From NCBI GenBank assembly GCA_051362555.1, contig CM120640.1, positions 62,908,788 to 62,972,787 on the forward strand: a DNA stretch of 64,000 bases. The letters run 5' to 3'. This DNA comes from Lingula anatina (Eukaryota > Animalia > Brachiopoda). Positions 27,001-41,300 of this stretch are shown here, one piece after another. Made by a program: the position numbers and the translations under genes. The notes under the pieces were generated by a model, which worked only from the letters and a program-made list of their open reading frames with translations, had not been told where the DNA came from and made no database searches. How positions within the stretch are numbered: the first letter of the stretch is position 1; the number at the start of each line of letters is the position of its first letter.

Positions 27001-30000
27001 TGTACACTATACTCTTTAAAAATGTTATCACTTGAAATGTACTCTTAAATGCAAAATCTTGTTGGTTTATGGAATGCTTCCACGTGTGCGGCACAATCTT
27101 ATGCACAATGCGATACACTACGCTACCCACGTGGTTTGGACGTGTGTGAGAGTGCTGCACCACCGTTATAACAATGTGCCTTTCACTATCTGACTGCACA
27201 TTTCTTGTAGACGTCGACATACATCCTACTGCACAACGTGAGAATATAACTATCAAGCGATAAACCTAAGAAAAATATACATTTTGGCATTAGTAAAATA
27301 TAGATCAAATACCAGCCGAAGCAGAAGTCGTTTCTTGCACATTCTTACAGAAAATCTTTCTAAGCAGCAATAAAAACAACGGGGAGTTGTTTGCTGTTTG
27401 ATCTCTTTGCTTTGAATCTGAGTGACTGCTTTAAGAGCTTATTAAAGATTGAATAAGCTTGGTGCCATAAATAATAGATTTGCAATATAAAATTTGGTGT
27501 GAAGCGAATGTTCCAACAGTTCGGCGAATCTTGACTCAACATTATGCGTGCGTCAAAATGCTTATTTTACAGACATTATCTATTTTGCCATTCTGACACA
27601 AATTATCTTCACTCTTTCCTGTAAAGGTCGCTACAAATGTGCTCTTCGTAAGTACAAAGCGTTTCCTCTTCCCGCTATGGCCGTGAACTGGCCTCAACCA
27701 ATTTGCGAATGATTGCGCATGCGCCAACCAATTAGGCAGGCTTATATATGTTGACGTGTGTGTCTATAGATATATATATATATATATATGAAACCTTTTT
27801 GAATATATGTGTCATTCATCTTGATATATATATTTACATATTAATGAATACATAATTGAGAATTGCACTGGATGATATTCATTGGATTTTAGGCGATTAT
27901 GTAGTTACTGTGTTTATTTAGGATGACTTGTGCGTGTTCAGGGAGACTCAGGTGAGAGAAAGGCCTGCGTTTCAGTCAATGTACTCTATCGTACAGCATC
28001 ACTGCGTCATCACTGTTAAATAATATTCTAACTCCTTTATTGAATATGTTGTAGTAGCTACTAGTAGCAAGGAGTGTTACGTGTACAATATAAACGTCAG
28101 TTTCAGGAGGTTTTTGGCACGAATCCAATAGGACTAATTGGTCTACTTGTTTTGTGTAAAAAATATCCCAAAAGCTAGTTATTGTTAAACCTATGGAAGC
28201 ATGAATATATTTAAGAACAAGTGTGAATGGAATGTTTGTTTTTTGTTGGTTTATGTTTAATTTTTGCTGAAATGTTCACTACTGATAGCTTGAAACTTAC
28301 AGTTGCCTCCTCGTATAACGTATATCATCTTCCTCTTTCTATGTTATATGTGTAATTATCTCGAAAGTATTCTTTCGATACTTCTCTTTGAGGGTGTTAC
28401 AATCAATTTATACAATAACCTAGTAGTTACGATGTGAAAATAACCGAGGCCTATATCCGATAATAATTTGGAAAACGCATTTAAGTACCCTTTGCATGAT
28501 ATAAAAATACAACAGGAAATAAATTATTTGTTTCACGTTTGCCTACTAAATGCAGTAACAGAAACTATCAAAAAGCTAACTATAATATAAAGAATATGAA
28601 AGAATAATTAAATCGTATTTGTGTTTTTTTTAATTTAATATTTTCAAAAAATGGAAAGCAATTGCATTTCAGCGACATGAGGTATGATGAATTAATCTGA
28701 ATATTTGACGTCACTTGTTCATCGAACATCATTATGTTATGTAATTCACTAGTTAGTGGAGCAGTTACCTAGGCATGGTAAGTTGTGACAGATAGACCAG
28801 GTGATCTGTTGTTGTATATTCATCAAATACCCTACCAATTTAATTTCAGTTGGCACAAGAACTTGGCACCGTGTTTCCGGTCATGCGAGATTGGATCCAA
28901 GAATTCGTAGAAAGCAATCCTGAAATGTACTCCTCCCAGGTCGGGCAGAACAAACTGATCGAGCAGGTACAAAGATTTTTTCTCAATAAAATAGGTCTCT
29001 TTAAGATATCATTTTTGGAAAACTCTGAGTTTTTCCATTATTTTCCAGCGCTTACCAACCATGAATTAATGTTATGAAACGCTTATCTCTAATCTAATGT
29101 GTACACTTTAGTTTACCATTTCATTTTCTTAATGAACTGTCAGTTTGAGATTGACTTGAGATATTCCCAACATCATTAGAATATGCCCACCATGTTGTTC
29201 ATGTAACGGGTTTCTAAAAGGTGATGCGATTGCTGTGCTACCTGGTGCGTTTCGGATGCTACTGCAGTGCGGACGAGATACGGATACTACTGAAACCACT
29301 TATGATTATGCTGGACGGAAGAAACGATAGACCCTTTCCAAAGAATGCTGAAATACGTAAGATTTTTCTTTTATGTTACAAGGGATTTGAACGGTTTTGG
29401 TTGTATACTCGTCGTCATGAACAATGTGTTAATATTTTTCAATTCATATTTTTTCTGTTGAACTGAATTTATTATCGGGTATTTACTAAGTTCGAAATGA
29501 AATTTTACGTGTTTTTTTCTTTATTTTTAACTTTTTAGAAAACTCCAAGGAAGTAAAGAAGCTGGTGAAGCAATATAGAGAGACAGACAGGTTTGAAAAG
29601 AGTGCGGAAACTAAGGCCCTAGTGGATGCAAAATATCAGTACGGGTTTAGTTTTTTATATGAAAGAAAGCATACAAAATAGCATACATAAATAGATATAC
29701 AATTATCAAAGACTGCACAAATGTCAGTTTGAAGTAATGTTTCTTCTAAGTTTTATGAACAAAAAGAAAATCGACTTGGCATTTAAGAAAAATATTTGTT
29801 TATCGGAACATGCATCACCTCTTTACCGAGGCATCAAACTGCACGGACTCTCTGCTCTTTTTTTACAGGGGGCTTTCAGTTTTGGAACTTCTTTTCACAT
29901 TTCAATCCAATACCCGCCTTGAGGTAAGACACTTCTATACTGTAGAATTATGTCTCGTTCGTGCCGTATTTTACTCTTTATATCGAATTAAAAGGCGAAG

Positions 30001-32259
30001 GAAAGAAAACAGTTGTGTACATTTTCGGTACACAACTGATCTAGCAAGATCAACGGAGGACACTAACGTCTGTCATTCAGTTTTTATAAGAGTCAAAAGA
30101 AGAAAATGTATGTTTAAAAATGGAATTAGGCTGAAGGCCTTTCAGATGCCGTCGATAACAGTGACATTGGGAAGATGTGTGCCTTTAGAATTTTGTCAGT
30201 AATCTGAGAAGGCTTGTTTTCATAGTAAAACGGTGGGTGAAATGGGAATGAAACAAGCGTGTTCCTCATTTTTTGTGCTGCCTTGCGAAATTGTATCTAT
30301 CTTAAGCCAACTCTTCTTTTATTTAGTCATTCGTGTCCAAATTCAAAACAGCTGAAACGACAGCCAACGCCAAGAAAAAGAAGCATCGGAGTGTACTTTC
30401 TCCTCTTGTGGATGACAGCTATGATGCATTCAACACATCAAAGTAAGTAAAACCACAAAAACATGGATTACACGTAAATATATTATTTGTATTAATACGT
30501 GCGTTTTATGGTCACTTACACTAGTTTTTTTAATGGTAAGGAAAGTTTTGTGATACAGTATTAAAGGCAATTTCTTGTTGTAGAAAGTATGGTTTAATCT
30601 TTGATTACATGAGCTATTTTAATCAACCATATTGCAGAAAGAACCTGAGAAAGCAAAAGAAATTCCTTCATGAGCTGCGTGCTATGTTTGAAAGTTCATC
30701 CTATTTTGACGTGGAATACATCACAAATATATCACTGGTAAGTGCATAGACATTTCGAAATGAACTGTCATATAAGTTTTTAATTCAAATATTTTTAACG
30801 GGGAAGTTCTGACGCACCTCATGCACCCTTGTTTCTTTGTAAAATGTGTTCTCAAGTGAAACTAGTTTTTACATTTTCTTCTCAGGATTTATCAAATTAC
30901 AAATACGAAAAGATGTTGACGCAATCATTGAACATTTTGAACAAGTACTATTCTTCCAAGACGGACATGTTCAAGATAGCCATACCAACCCTGGTTAGTA
31001 TAAACATAACGATCATTAACACCATCTGAATGAAGAATTAAAGCTTTAATACCACGTCGGAGACGGAACAATATTTAAAACATGATTTATATCCAGAAAC
31101 CTTGTCTTGAATACGCCCAAACGTTCCACTAATCAATCTTCAAAAACGGGTTTATTTAAAGTATTTGATCTTGTCCTTACAACTTACAACACCAGACCAT
31201 GTAAGCTTCACAAAGCACACGTGCTTTTAAAACACAATGAAAAATAACCGTGGAATAATTTCAGGTTTTGACCACCCAAGAGTCCTGTAAAATCCACATT
31301 GACATCATGCGCCAGCTCCCTCTAGTGAGACATCTAGCCAAGTGCTCCTACAACATGGAACAGGCAGAAGCTATGAGTGTCGTGTTCGACCAGTTCGTCT
31401 TGTAAGTGCTGACTGAAGAGTAAATCAGCATTTAAATAATGCCATTTTAATTAATTCATATTTACCATGTAAAAATCAGAATACACGTTTTAAAAATCAC
31501 ATAAGAAAATCACTTAAAATGTTTTTTGCTTAGATGTTTGAGAAAAGGTTATACCTCTCATAAAGTACTACAGATAGATGGTCAACAGTGTAAAATAACA
31601 TTTTTTGTCGATTTTTTCAAGTATGCTTCACTGTGTGAGTCGTTAAAAACTTAACAAATCTAATCTTGTTTTCACAAGATTCACCCACCTGAGAGACGAA
31701 CCCACCCTGCGGCACCCAATGAATCAAAAGATCCTGATCAACCATGGTGTGCTAGACTTGATATTCGCAATACTTTCCCAGGAAGTAGATGTTCAAATCA
31801 CGGTAAAAATAAAATTTAACTTCTTTGGTACTGCACGAAAATATACTTGAACTCTCGTAAATTAATAGGTTACATACAATTTTATCTATATAAAAGATAT
31901 TAAGAGAAAAACATGTTAAAATGTCAGCAATTTGCAAAGCACATGCAAATTAGATGAAATAAACTTGTCTTTAAGAACTTATTGCAATCTGATGTTATTT
32001 TATTTTAGGAGCAAGCCGCGCCTATGGAGCTCGTATTCGGCAAAGCCCTGAACCTTCTACGGTTCTTGGCGCAGGGGAACGAGGACGTGCAGGCCAAAAT
32101 GAACGATAGATTGGATTCCTTGATGAACATCAAACTTGTGCCATCACACCTAGCAATCGCTCTCAGGGAGGTATGAATTATTCTTAACTAAGTTAACTTC
32201 ATTTAACTTTATTTACTATGTTATACTCTTATAAACCTCCGTTTCTCTCCCTCCCCCCC

Positions 32260-32317
<58 letters not shown>

Positions 32318-35300
32318 GTGATAATATGATAGTGTTCATTATGATGTGAAGAATTTCAAAATATATATGCAACGCAATTTTTAGCCACAATCATGTTCCC
32401 ATGTACATCATTTTCCCGCCAGGTGTTCGCTGGAAACCAAAACAACTGTCTCAAAATTCAACCGAAGCAAATCTTAAAGATCGTTCATTTGGCGGGAGAG
32501 AATCAAGACCGAGCTCCGGAGTTTCTGGACCTGCTGGGCTCTATTGTCAAGGTGGAGCTGCTCGAACTCCCCCTAAAGCGCAATCAGGGTCTGGTCATGA
32601 AATATTTGATGCAGAACTATCACAAGGCAGCCTACCTTTTTGACCAATCTCAAGAAGACAGGTTTGTAGTAATGGAGTGAATATAGACTTTCATACTCAA
32701 AACGAGGAAAACAAACAGCTGATGTCTTACTCTGCCAACTTATCGTATTCTTTCTCCTCTCAGCACGTACATTTTGTATTCTAAATTATCAAATAGCAAT
32801 GTTGCATTCATACTTTGTTAAGTTCTCATTGTTATTATTCCGTGGACTGCACTGCACTAATATCACTGCATTATTTGTCTTCTATTTCACAGCAGGGACG
32901 TGAGGTAACGAAAACTGTCCCCCAAAACGTATTACTTGTTCTTTTTCATTTAATTACAGTAAACTGGATGCTCGGTATTTATTTTGGTGATTGGGTTGAA
33001 TATTTATTGATTTTTTTTTTGGTGGACCTCTATCTATTTTTACCATCCTAACAGCTATTACCCTTTTATATAGCTGTCATTCGTAAATATGCGTTCATTT
33101 TTACTTTCTTGTATAAAACAATTTTTCCGGTGTATTTGCTGATATTTACATCGACATTTTAAATTTTTCAATATGTTACACCCAATATGTTTTTTTTTAT
33201 CATCCTGGTTGATATATATATTAAATATGTGATGTGTTTATAATCTACCAAATACATGTACATGTATTAAGGATAGAAAGTTAACAGCCTTCCTAGTTGA
33301 TATTTTGGTTATTTTGATGATAGCCTCAGCATTTTACGGGATCCATACGGGGAAATGATGTAATTACTTGATCATGATTTTACTGATATAGGTACCTTTC
33401 TGTCTAGATGCCGATGCAATGCGCGCGTACACAAGTCGATACTTACTAAATATAATAACAGATCAGCACACATTTGGGATATATTTAGTCCAATTTCTAA
33501 ATACATCATGATATCAATTGGGTTTCAATTGATTTTAGAGTGAAACTTGGCTTTTCATGAATATGAACAATTCCATGGTTATTTCCAGGTTACGCATCCT
33601 TACTTCGAAGACCGGCAATAGTCATCAGAGGTACCTGATAAGTTTGGTGGACCTCCTCGCCAAATGTGCTGAAGTATGTATCAAACAATATTTTGCTCTA
33701 TGAATGAATGAATAGTGGTAATACGCATGGCAACGGCAATGTGGCGGGTGAAGTGTGTCACCCTGTTTAACTGAAGAATGGCAAAGGCCATGTACTTCAC
33801 GAAACGTAAAAAGCTATTTAAGTGAATATGTTATTAAAATTAAAAAAAGCTAAATTAGTAGAAGTGTAGCATGAATCTATCAAAGGATTATTCAAGCTTT
33901 GAATTATTAGCCATGTGATGTTTTTCTTGCCTTTGGTACTGATGCATAGCCATTATAAAATGTATCTACTATCCTTTCCCTTCCTAAGGGAGAAAACCGT
34001 TACATAGAATCACTCTGTCAAACGATCATGCCCATAGAGGAAATCATGGATGTTCTGAACAATCACTTCATTGACAACAACCTGAAGTCTCCATACTTGC
34101 GGTACCTGATGTGGGTATACATGAAGACCGCTGGCACCATGATCGAAAGTGGAGCCGGTGATCTCCCGCATGACAGGTAATTGGGGCGTGGTCGCAGGAT
34201 CAGTTCATTATGAAGTTTGGGTGATAAAACATTCGTGCTGCATTCATTTTACTAATTTTGGCAATATCCCCACGACCCTAAATTTAAATTGCACCATTTG
34301 ACCGCCGAGAAAATACTAGCCCGTCAGCCCTTTTCTCCCATTTTTACGGTGAAAGCAAATATCAATATTGTGACTTTGTTTGCGCGGATGTGCAAATTCC
34401 CTACAGGATTCTACAAGATTTGATACATGTACACCCTAAAAGAAAATGACAACAATAGATGGAGTGTTCATGGGAATTAATATTCGGTGTAAATATGGTG
34501 TCCAATGTTTAATGATATCAAAGCTGTAACAAAATTGCGATTCGGTCAACTCAGTTTACGCGTTAAAGCAACCCAGAAAGATATTATCTCTTTCCGTTTT
34601 CTTTGCGGTAAAGTTATGAAGCTTCAAACAGCATGGCACTTTGAAACTGCTTTTAAACTCTGGCTATAATTTTGTCATTACAGACATGTATGGATCTACA
34701 TCCAGGCCCTAGCCCGTGAGGCAGAGTCGCTGAAAACTTATATCAGTGAGAATGAAGTGAAGACAGTGGAGGTCATGCGGGCGCCACCACCTAAAGGGTA
34801 TGTGTCATCAACATATCTTTTCTTTAACAAAAACAGCTTCTTCATTAAAAAAAAATTTAGTATGCAGTTAAGTAAAGCGCTTTAATATACGCTGCTATAA
34901 ATGCAAGGCCGTACCTCTGAGATCTCCTTAAGGCAAACATGCATCTGATTGAAAATTTTGTGGTTGAAAATCCATGCTGTTAAATTTTAGGATATCATTA
35001 TGGTTCTGCTCATTTTTGATTTCTTTTTCTAGGGCTGTTGCAGAGATGGACGATTCAGATGGAGCAGCGCACGCAACTCTATTTTACTTCTTTGACGCTG
35101 TCTTACCCTTTTTGCAGGCAGGTCTAGTTCTCACTAGTCTCATAACAGTATTTAAATCGGTATTTATTCAAAATTTCCTTTAAATATTTTTGTTGTATTT
35201 TCTCTTTAAATTCACAATATTGTGGGCCATCCCGTTGTAACTATAATTGCTTTCTGTTTAAGACGTTCTTCACAAAGTTCTATTCGCCCGACAAGGAGTT

Positions 35301-38300
35301 GTACCCAGACGAATTGGAGTATGTGGATCAGTTAGCGCACTCCCTCGTGGTGAGCAGATGTTTACTAATGGGGATTCGATTATCGTATTTTAAAAAAATG
35401 ATATATACGTATATACCAAAATTTTATGTGTAAATGGTTTGGGGAGATTAGACTCGTATATCTAATTTGATACATGAGTGGTCAAACAAAGTTTAAAAAT
35501 TCAAATATATGATAAAGCGGTTTCCTTTTCTTCGTGACGGTAGTCCCAAAGCCTTTTTACTTAAAACTGATGAGAATGAAGAAGGTTTCCGTATGTAATA
35601 CAAATTATACGCATGTTTTGTGTTCAATATATATACATATGTATATGTGCCCATACATTATTTTCTTTTCAGCTGTGGTGCGACCGGGTTGGAGCAGTAC
35701 TCTGCAATGCGACACATTTGAAAGTCCTCATTGGGTGTGTTCCGAGCGTTCTGCAGTCGTCTTCTATTCCAAAGAACGTAAGTCAAATATGTTTACCATC
35801 TTAATTACTGATTTTAGTCATGAATATTGCAGGTTTGCAGTATTCAACGTTAGAATCTTGGGATTTGCTTGGCGTACGATGATGGCTTGCTTTTCATTTC
35901 ATGGCTTTGTGAAGATCCATTGGATAAAATGCTGATCCATAAATTCATTCAATATTAAAATTTATTTACAAAAACATCGATATAATATTTCTTCATACAA
36001 TGGGTATTATACTGGTTTTATGTTTATCACTCTGTCTCACTACTTCATGCCTTGAAAAATATTTTTAAAAATGATCATATAACCTTAGTAATGCACACCC
36101 ATACACGCTCTCTCGTTTCTGAAGCTTTTTCGTGTATCTACAGCACTAAGCATGACCGTGTGTAAGGATGGGGCATTAAGCCCATGATTTATGATGATTG
36201 AGTTTTGTATTGAATATTTCATATGTACAGTTTCGTGGTGATAAGCGCACAGTGAGTTGCTGATTTTTCATTTATTTTACCACAGAATATCAGGCGCACT
36301 GAATGATTAAAAGATCACTATTTGGGAATTAGATTGTGGAACCCGTTTTGTAATTGTGTTGATGTTGAGGAACTGGCTGATGGGACCATCTATTGCATGA
36401 TGATACTTTCTGATGTTTTCTTTGTCTTGGGATCTCTCTCTTCCAGTTATCCACAGAGTCAGCATTAACTAACTATCCATCCCTCAAACCGAAACAGGTT
36501 CAGTTGTGGAAAAATACGTATAAGGTAGAATACAAACAGGTTGACTTACCCCTTGGTTACAGTTTAAATGTTTGCCCTCTCGCATTTGACCGCTTTGCCT
36601 CGCTGTGTTATGTGATTCATTGCATCATGGTCATTTCCCCCCAAACTTTTAACAAACTGACGCAATATTGTCTTGACTTGTAATGTGACCAGCAGATACC
36701 GACTTTAAAGGTCGTCTGTTTTGTAATGATAATTTAAAAAGTGACTTTACGGTATCGCTATAGAATTGATGGATTGCAAAAGTTCATGGGATAATTTTGG
36801 GGGAATTATTCATCCAAAGCGAATTTATCGTTTAATAAACCTGCATTGCGACAAAAATGTAATTGAAAAAAAGAAGAGGACATGACCATTTTGCAGTAAA
36901 TTTTACTGTTTGAATACTTCTACCAGACTGAATATTTGAAAGCTGACACGGTAGGTGTTTAGTGACCTTGCACTTAATATGGTAACGACATCACTTCACA
37001 GCATATGAGTTTGCCCCTATGCCGCCAGATACTGCTAGAACACAAGCATGAGACCGAATACATTGTTAATACCAGGAATGTCAGCACTGCCACCGTTATC
37101 TATTAATGTGCATGTCAGCTCCACCGTAATAAATGGCACAAACCTTTTTAGCATCTTTTAATGATGAAGTTCATATAATAAAGTTCTGTTTGTTTTTTTC
37201 AAATCTCGATCGATTGTTAAAGAGAACTTTTATGTATAAAAATCTGTGTTGAACGCATTCCCATTTACAGTCTGCAATTGTACCCTTAACTGAAAGGTAT
37301 TTTTGGATACTTAGTACTGAATCACATTTGCTAGAACTTACTCTATAGTGCATGCAGGATCTTACGAATCGTAGCCACACAATTAATAGCTCCCTGAATG
37401 GACGCAGATGGCCACTTAAAATAGTGTGCTTACTATATGCTTTGTCTTTGCTTGGACTCCAAAGGCGAATCCAGAGGTTAGGGCTCATGATTAGCTGTGC
37501 TCCTAGTCAGTTAAAGCCTGGATCCGCCAGTGGATATAGAGGTGAATAAAGCTAGGTCTTCGACAAACAAGTAACTCCCATAAATTTGCCGTATTTTCAG
37601 GTGATGGAAGGGTTCATTGAGCAGTATGGAAATGGAAGATGTTTGCGAGATCCAACCCGCGAGACGATAGATGTAAGTTACTATTTTAATGGTTTTTCTT
37701 TTGTCATTTGTTTGCAAAGAGACACAGTGTCATCCTAAGGTACCATTTCTTTTTCTAGATATTTTAAGGTATTACAAAGGATCTGATAATGAAATAATTT
37801 CATTTTACTCGAAACAGGTAGCACGATTTATAACAAGTGACTTTTACATTTTACCCATCCAATTACTGAAATTAATGCGGGTTTTACTGTGCTTTAGACA
37901 TACACCATATACTATCAAAATGAAGACGAGTTAAACAAGAAATTCCGGGCCTTCTCCGTGAATTGCAGCCTGGTATATGGCGGCCACAACACCGTGACGG
38001 CACAGCTGAAGCACAAGTCTAAACGAGGTACATCTACGTTCATTTGTCTATATGGATATCCATTAAAGACTCAGGTCTGTCTATTAAACAGTGCGGCACA
38101 ACTGAATTGGAAGTTGATAGCCAATATTTCCTTACGGACTTGATAAATGCAAATGATAATTTGTCATGCTTAATACATGTACTAACTGCAGAATCTTGTT
38201 TTCTTCTAAATACCGGTGTTAATTTGCACTGTCTTCATGTGAAATACGTCTTCAACTTAAAATAGAAAACGTCCCATTTTACAGAATACACGGAAATAGG

Positions 38301-41300
38301 CGGAGATGAGGACCTGCCGCTTGGTGAGGAGTTTCAGGCCCATGTGCGATGCTTCGTCAAGCATAATGAAAAGAACATAGCGAAGCGATACCAGAACGTC
38401 AGCAAGCTTGTGCAGCAACTCGCGTAAGTGAAAAATAGAAATAAAAAAAAATTCATCAGTTTTTATATGGTTCATTATTTTTTCTGCGATTTGACTGCTG
38501 TATGTCTACATACATGTATCTCAATTTTATTATTCTGATACATTTCTGCTTTTCATCTGTACAATAATTATAGATAATCATCCGCTCTCTTTGGGTCTAC
38601 ATAAGAGATTGAGTGTGTTAATGATGTATTTATGCTCTATTTCAGTGTATCAGCCAATGCAGTGAATCCGAAGGACGGCACTTATGAAAATGATGAGTTG
38701 GATATTAAGTCTCTTCAAATATTGCGCGCCGTTATCCACAACGAGGAGAGAAAACTCAGAGAAGACTGGGAAGAGAACACCCAGGACAAGAAAGTTCAAA
38801 AGTATGCAACCACTTTCGATACGTTTTTTTTTTTTTTTAGATTTTGCAAGGTCTGGATTGGTTATACCCAGAGACTAATTCAGGAAATGTGTTTTGTACT
38901 TGTATTTTTGTTCATTTGAATTCTTCGTGAACACTTACACTTTATGCCCTGCTCTAACTCATGAAGCCTCATTTTGGGGATGGCATTTGTAAAGATTAAA
39001 ACGGTTGCTGAATAAAAAATAGCCCTTCAAAATAACCTTTATTTTACAGGCAACTGAAAGTAATTCTGGAAGTACAGAATACTTTGAACTCGTATAGCGC
39101 TGTGGAGGAAGTGCTTCCCCATCTAGGAAGACCAAGTAACGCTATCGTTAGAGAGAGTCTAGCGTTCTTGTCCATTATGTTGTTTAATGCAAACAGGAAC
39201 GTACAGGTATACTTTTTAACTCATGCGATTAAAAAACGATTCCCTTAAGGATGACGGAAGAGTTTAAACGACTTGATTTTCAGTATTGTAATTTCTCCTT
39301 AAGAATGTATCATTTATTAAAAGTTAGTGATATTATTTAAAATTTTGAGATTTTCATAGTACAGTTACACATATTTAACCGTATACTTTTCAATGCCGCA
39401 CACAGAAAGCCATGTTGGAATACTTCATGAGTACCAAGAAGGAATCGTTCTTCTTTGCAATTCGCTGTCGACTTCAGTTGTCGGCAATAGCGATAAAAGA
39501 GAGGTAGGGTTCTGTCCGAGTATGGATCGAGACAGTTCGGCTTGTTTACAGGGATGCAGTTGGCAGAGGGCAAATCTCATAACGGGTAGAGAGCAAGACA
39601 CTCGCAGGAACACGGCTCTAATCACTGGCAAAAAAATTGCCAATTAACATGTCACCCTGTTCTCGACTTCACATGGGAACATTATACACGATAAACACAC
39701 GTAGATGATCATTTTCACGGTATCAATGTTTGTATTAACAAGTTCTTCCACCTACTACTCAAAATCGGTGACTTCATATTTTCTCTTCCATCTTAAAATT
39801 TATGAACGAGTGTAGAAGTGAAAGAGAGCCTTGAAGTTTTTCTGCTTCGCACTTTTTTTTACTCCGCGGTTCTGGTGTCTTACTCCGCACCCTGGCGCGA
39901 ACAGTCCTACGCACGTCATGGACCATTCTGAATGAACCCTGTCCGTACGATTGCTTTTTATGTGTGTAAATGTGCTCTTTCATTGTTGTTTACTTTTTTT
40001 GCATTGGCCTTTTGGTTATTTTCCATTATTACTTATCGGTTTATTTTCGTTTCCACTTTCCTTTGCTGTGAGTAGAGAACCATGTTAGATGTTTTCAAGA
40101 GTATGAGGACGGAAACATTCTTTTTCGCCATCCGAATACGCCTTGAAATAGCTGCCAATGGATTGAAAGAGAGGTGGGTGTGTCTAAGGAAAGTTCCTGA
40201 CAATGAAAAACGCTGATGTATTCTAAATATTTGCAAAACTGACATGTTAAGCAACAAAACAATGCGTTCTTAACTGTGAATATGCAGATACGAGGACCCA
40301 TTGTTTAATAACTGTTATCTTTGAAAGGCACGTGGTTATGTACACATGGCGTCTGCTGATACATGTATATATAACTACACCCCTTTTCTATCATTGGCAA
40401 ATGGCACTGTGCCACTCTTTGATTTCACTTTGGATTTTTTTCTGTGTACATTAAACCGAACTGAATATTTTGCCTCAGTATTAAATAGAGCAGAAGTATC
40501 AAACGCATAAAATATTTAGTGACCAATTTGCTATCATTACAATAATCATGATGTCCAGAACAACGTATATTTTAGGGTTGATAAATTAGTTTTTTTTTTT
40601 TTTGTCATATGTTAATTCTAATGCATGTGTCTATTACAGCTTTTAGATGCGTTCCTTTACCGTAGTGTAAGCTTGAAAAGATACTACTGCATATTAAATA
40701 GGATTATCTTATCCCGCACCGTGCACTATGCTTGACACTCTCGATCTTTTTCTACCTATCTAGGCCTATACATACGCTATTACATGCGCATGAATTTTCC
40801 TGTTGTTAACTTTTTATTAGATATCAATTCCCCCTTCATTCTCAGATTGAAGCATTTGATAATACTTAATTTTTAAGTGTTACGGTTTCTTCACTCGCTG
40901 CTGGTCAGAAAAAAAACAACTACCGTATCATTTTCATGTCTTTAATGACCATTAGAATGTACATATGACCAGTCGACTATGCACAGGACTGCATTCCTAT
41001 TCATATACTAAACTGTTCTCTTCCAGGCGCGCATTAGCTACTCAGCATGAAGCCAGGGTCAAGGAATCTATGACGCAAGCAAAAAGTCTACAGACTAACC
41101 TTACTGTTGGCAGGAAGGCGATGAAGGTAAGGACCACAGCACGGCAATGTGACAAGCAATGTACAAATGTTCTTATTTTAATGCATAATGTATTTGAAAA
41201 TGAAAGATCCCTAAATGAAAGTTCTCGTTGTTGCAACTTCTATGTCCGTGTTTGGTACTGTCTGATGTTTATATTAGCTATCTTCAATACTTTGTACCAA

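Noticed and set aside
32764-32766. 3-nt microexon CAC (ctctcag|CAC|gtacat)
   Set aside because: Good acceptor but weak donor; too short to support without reads.
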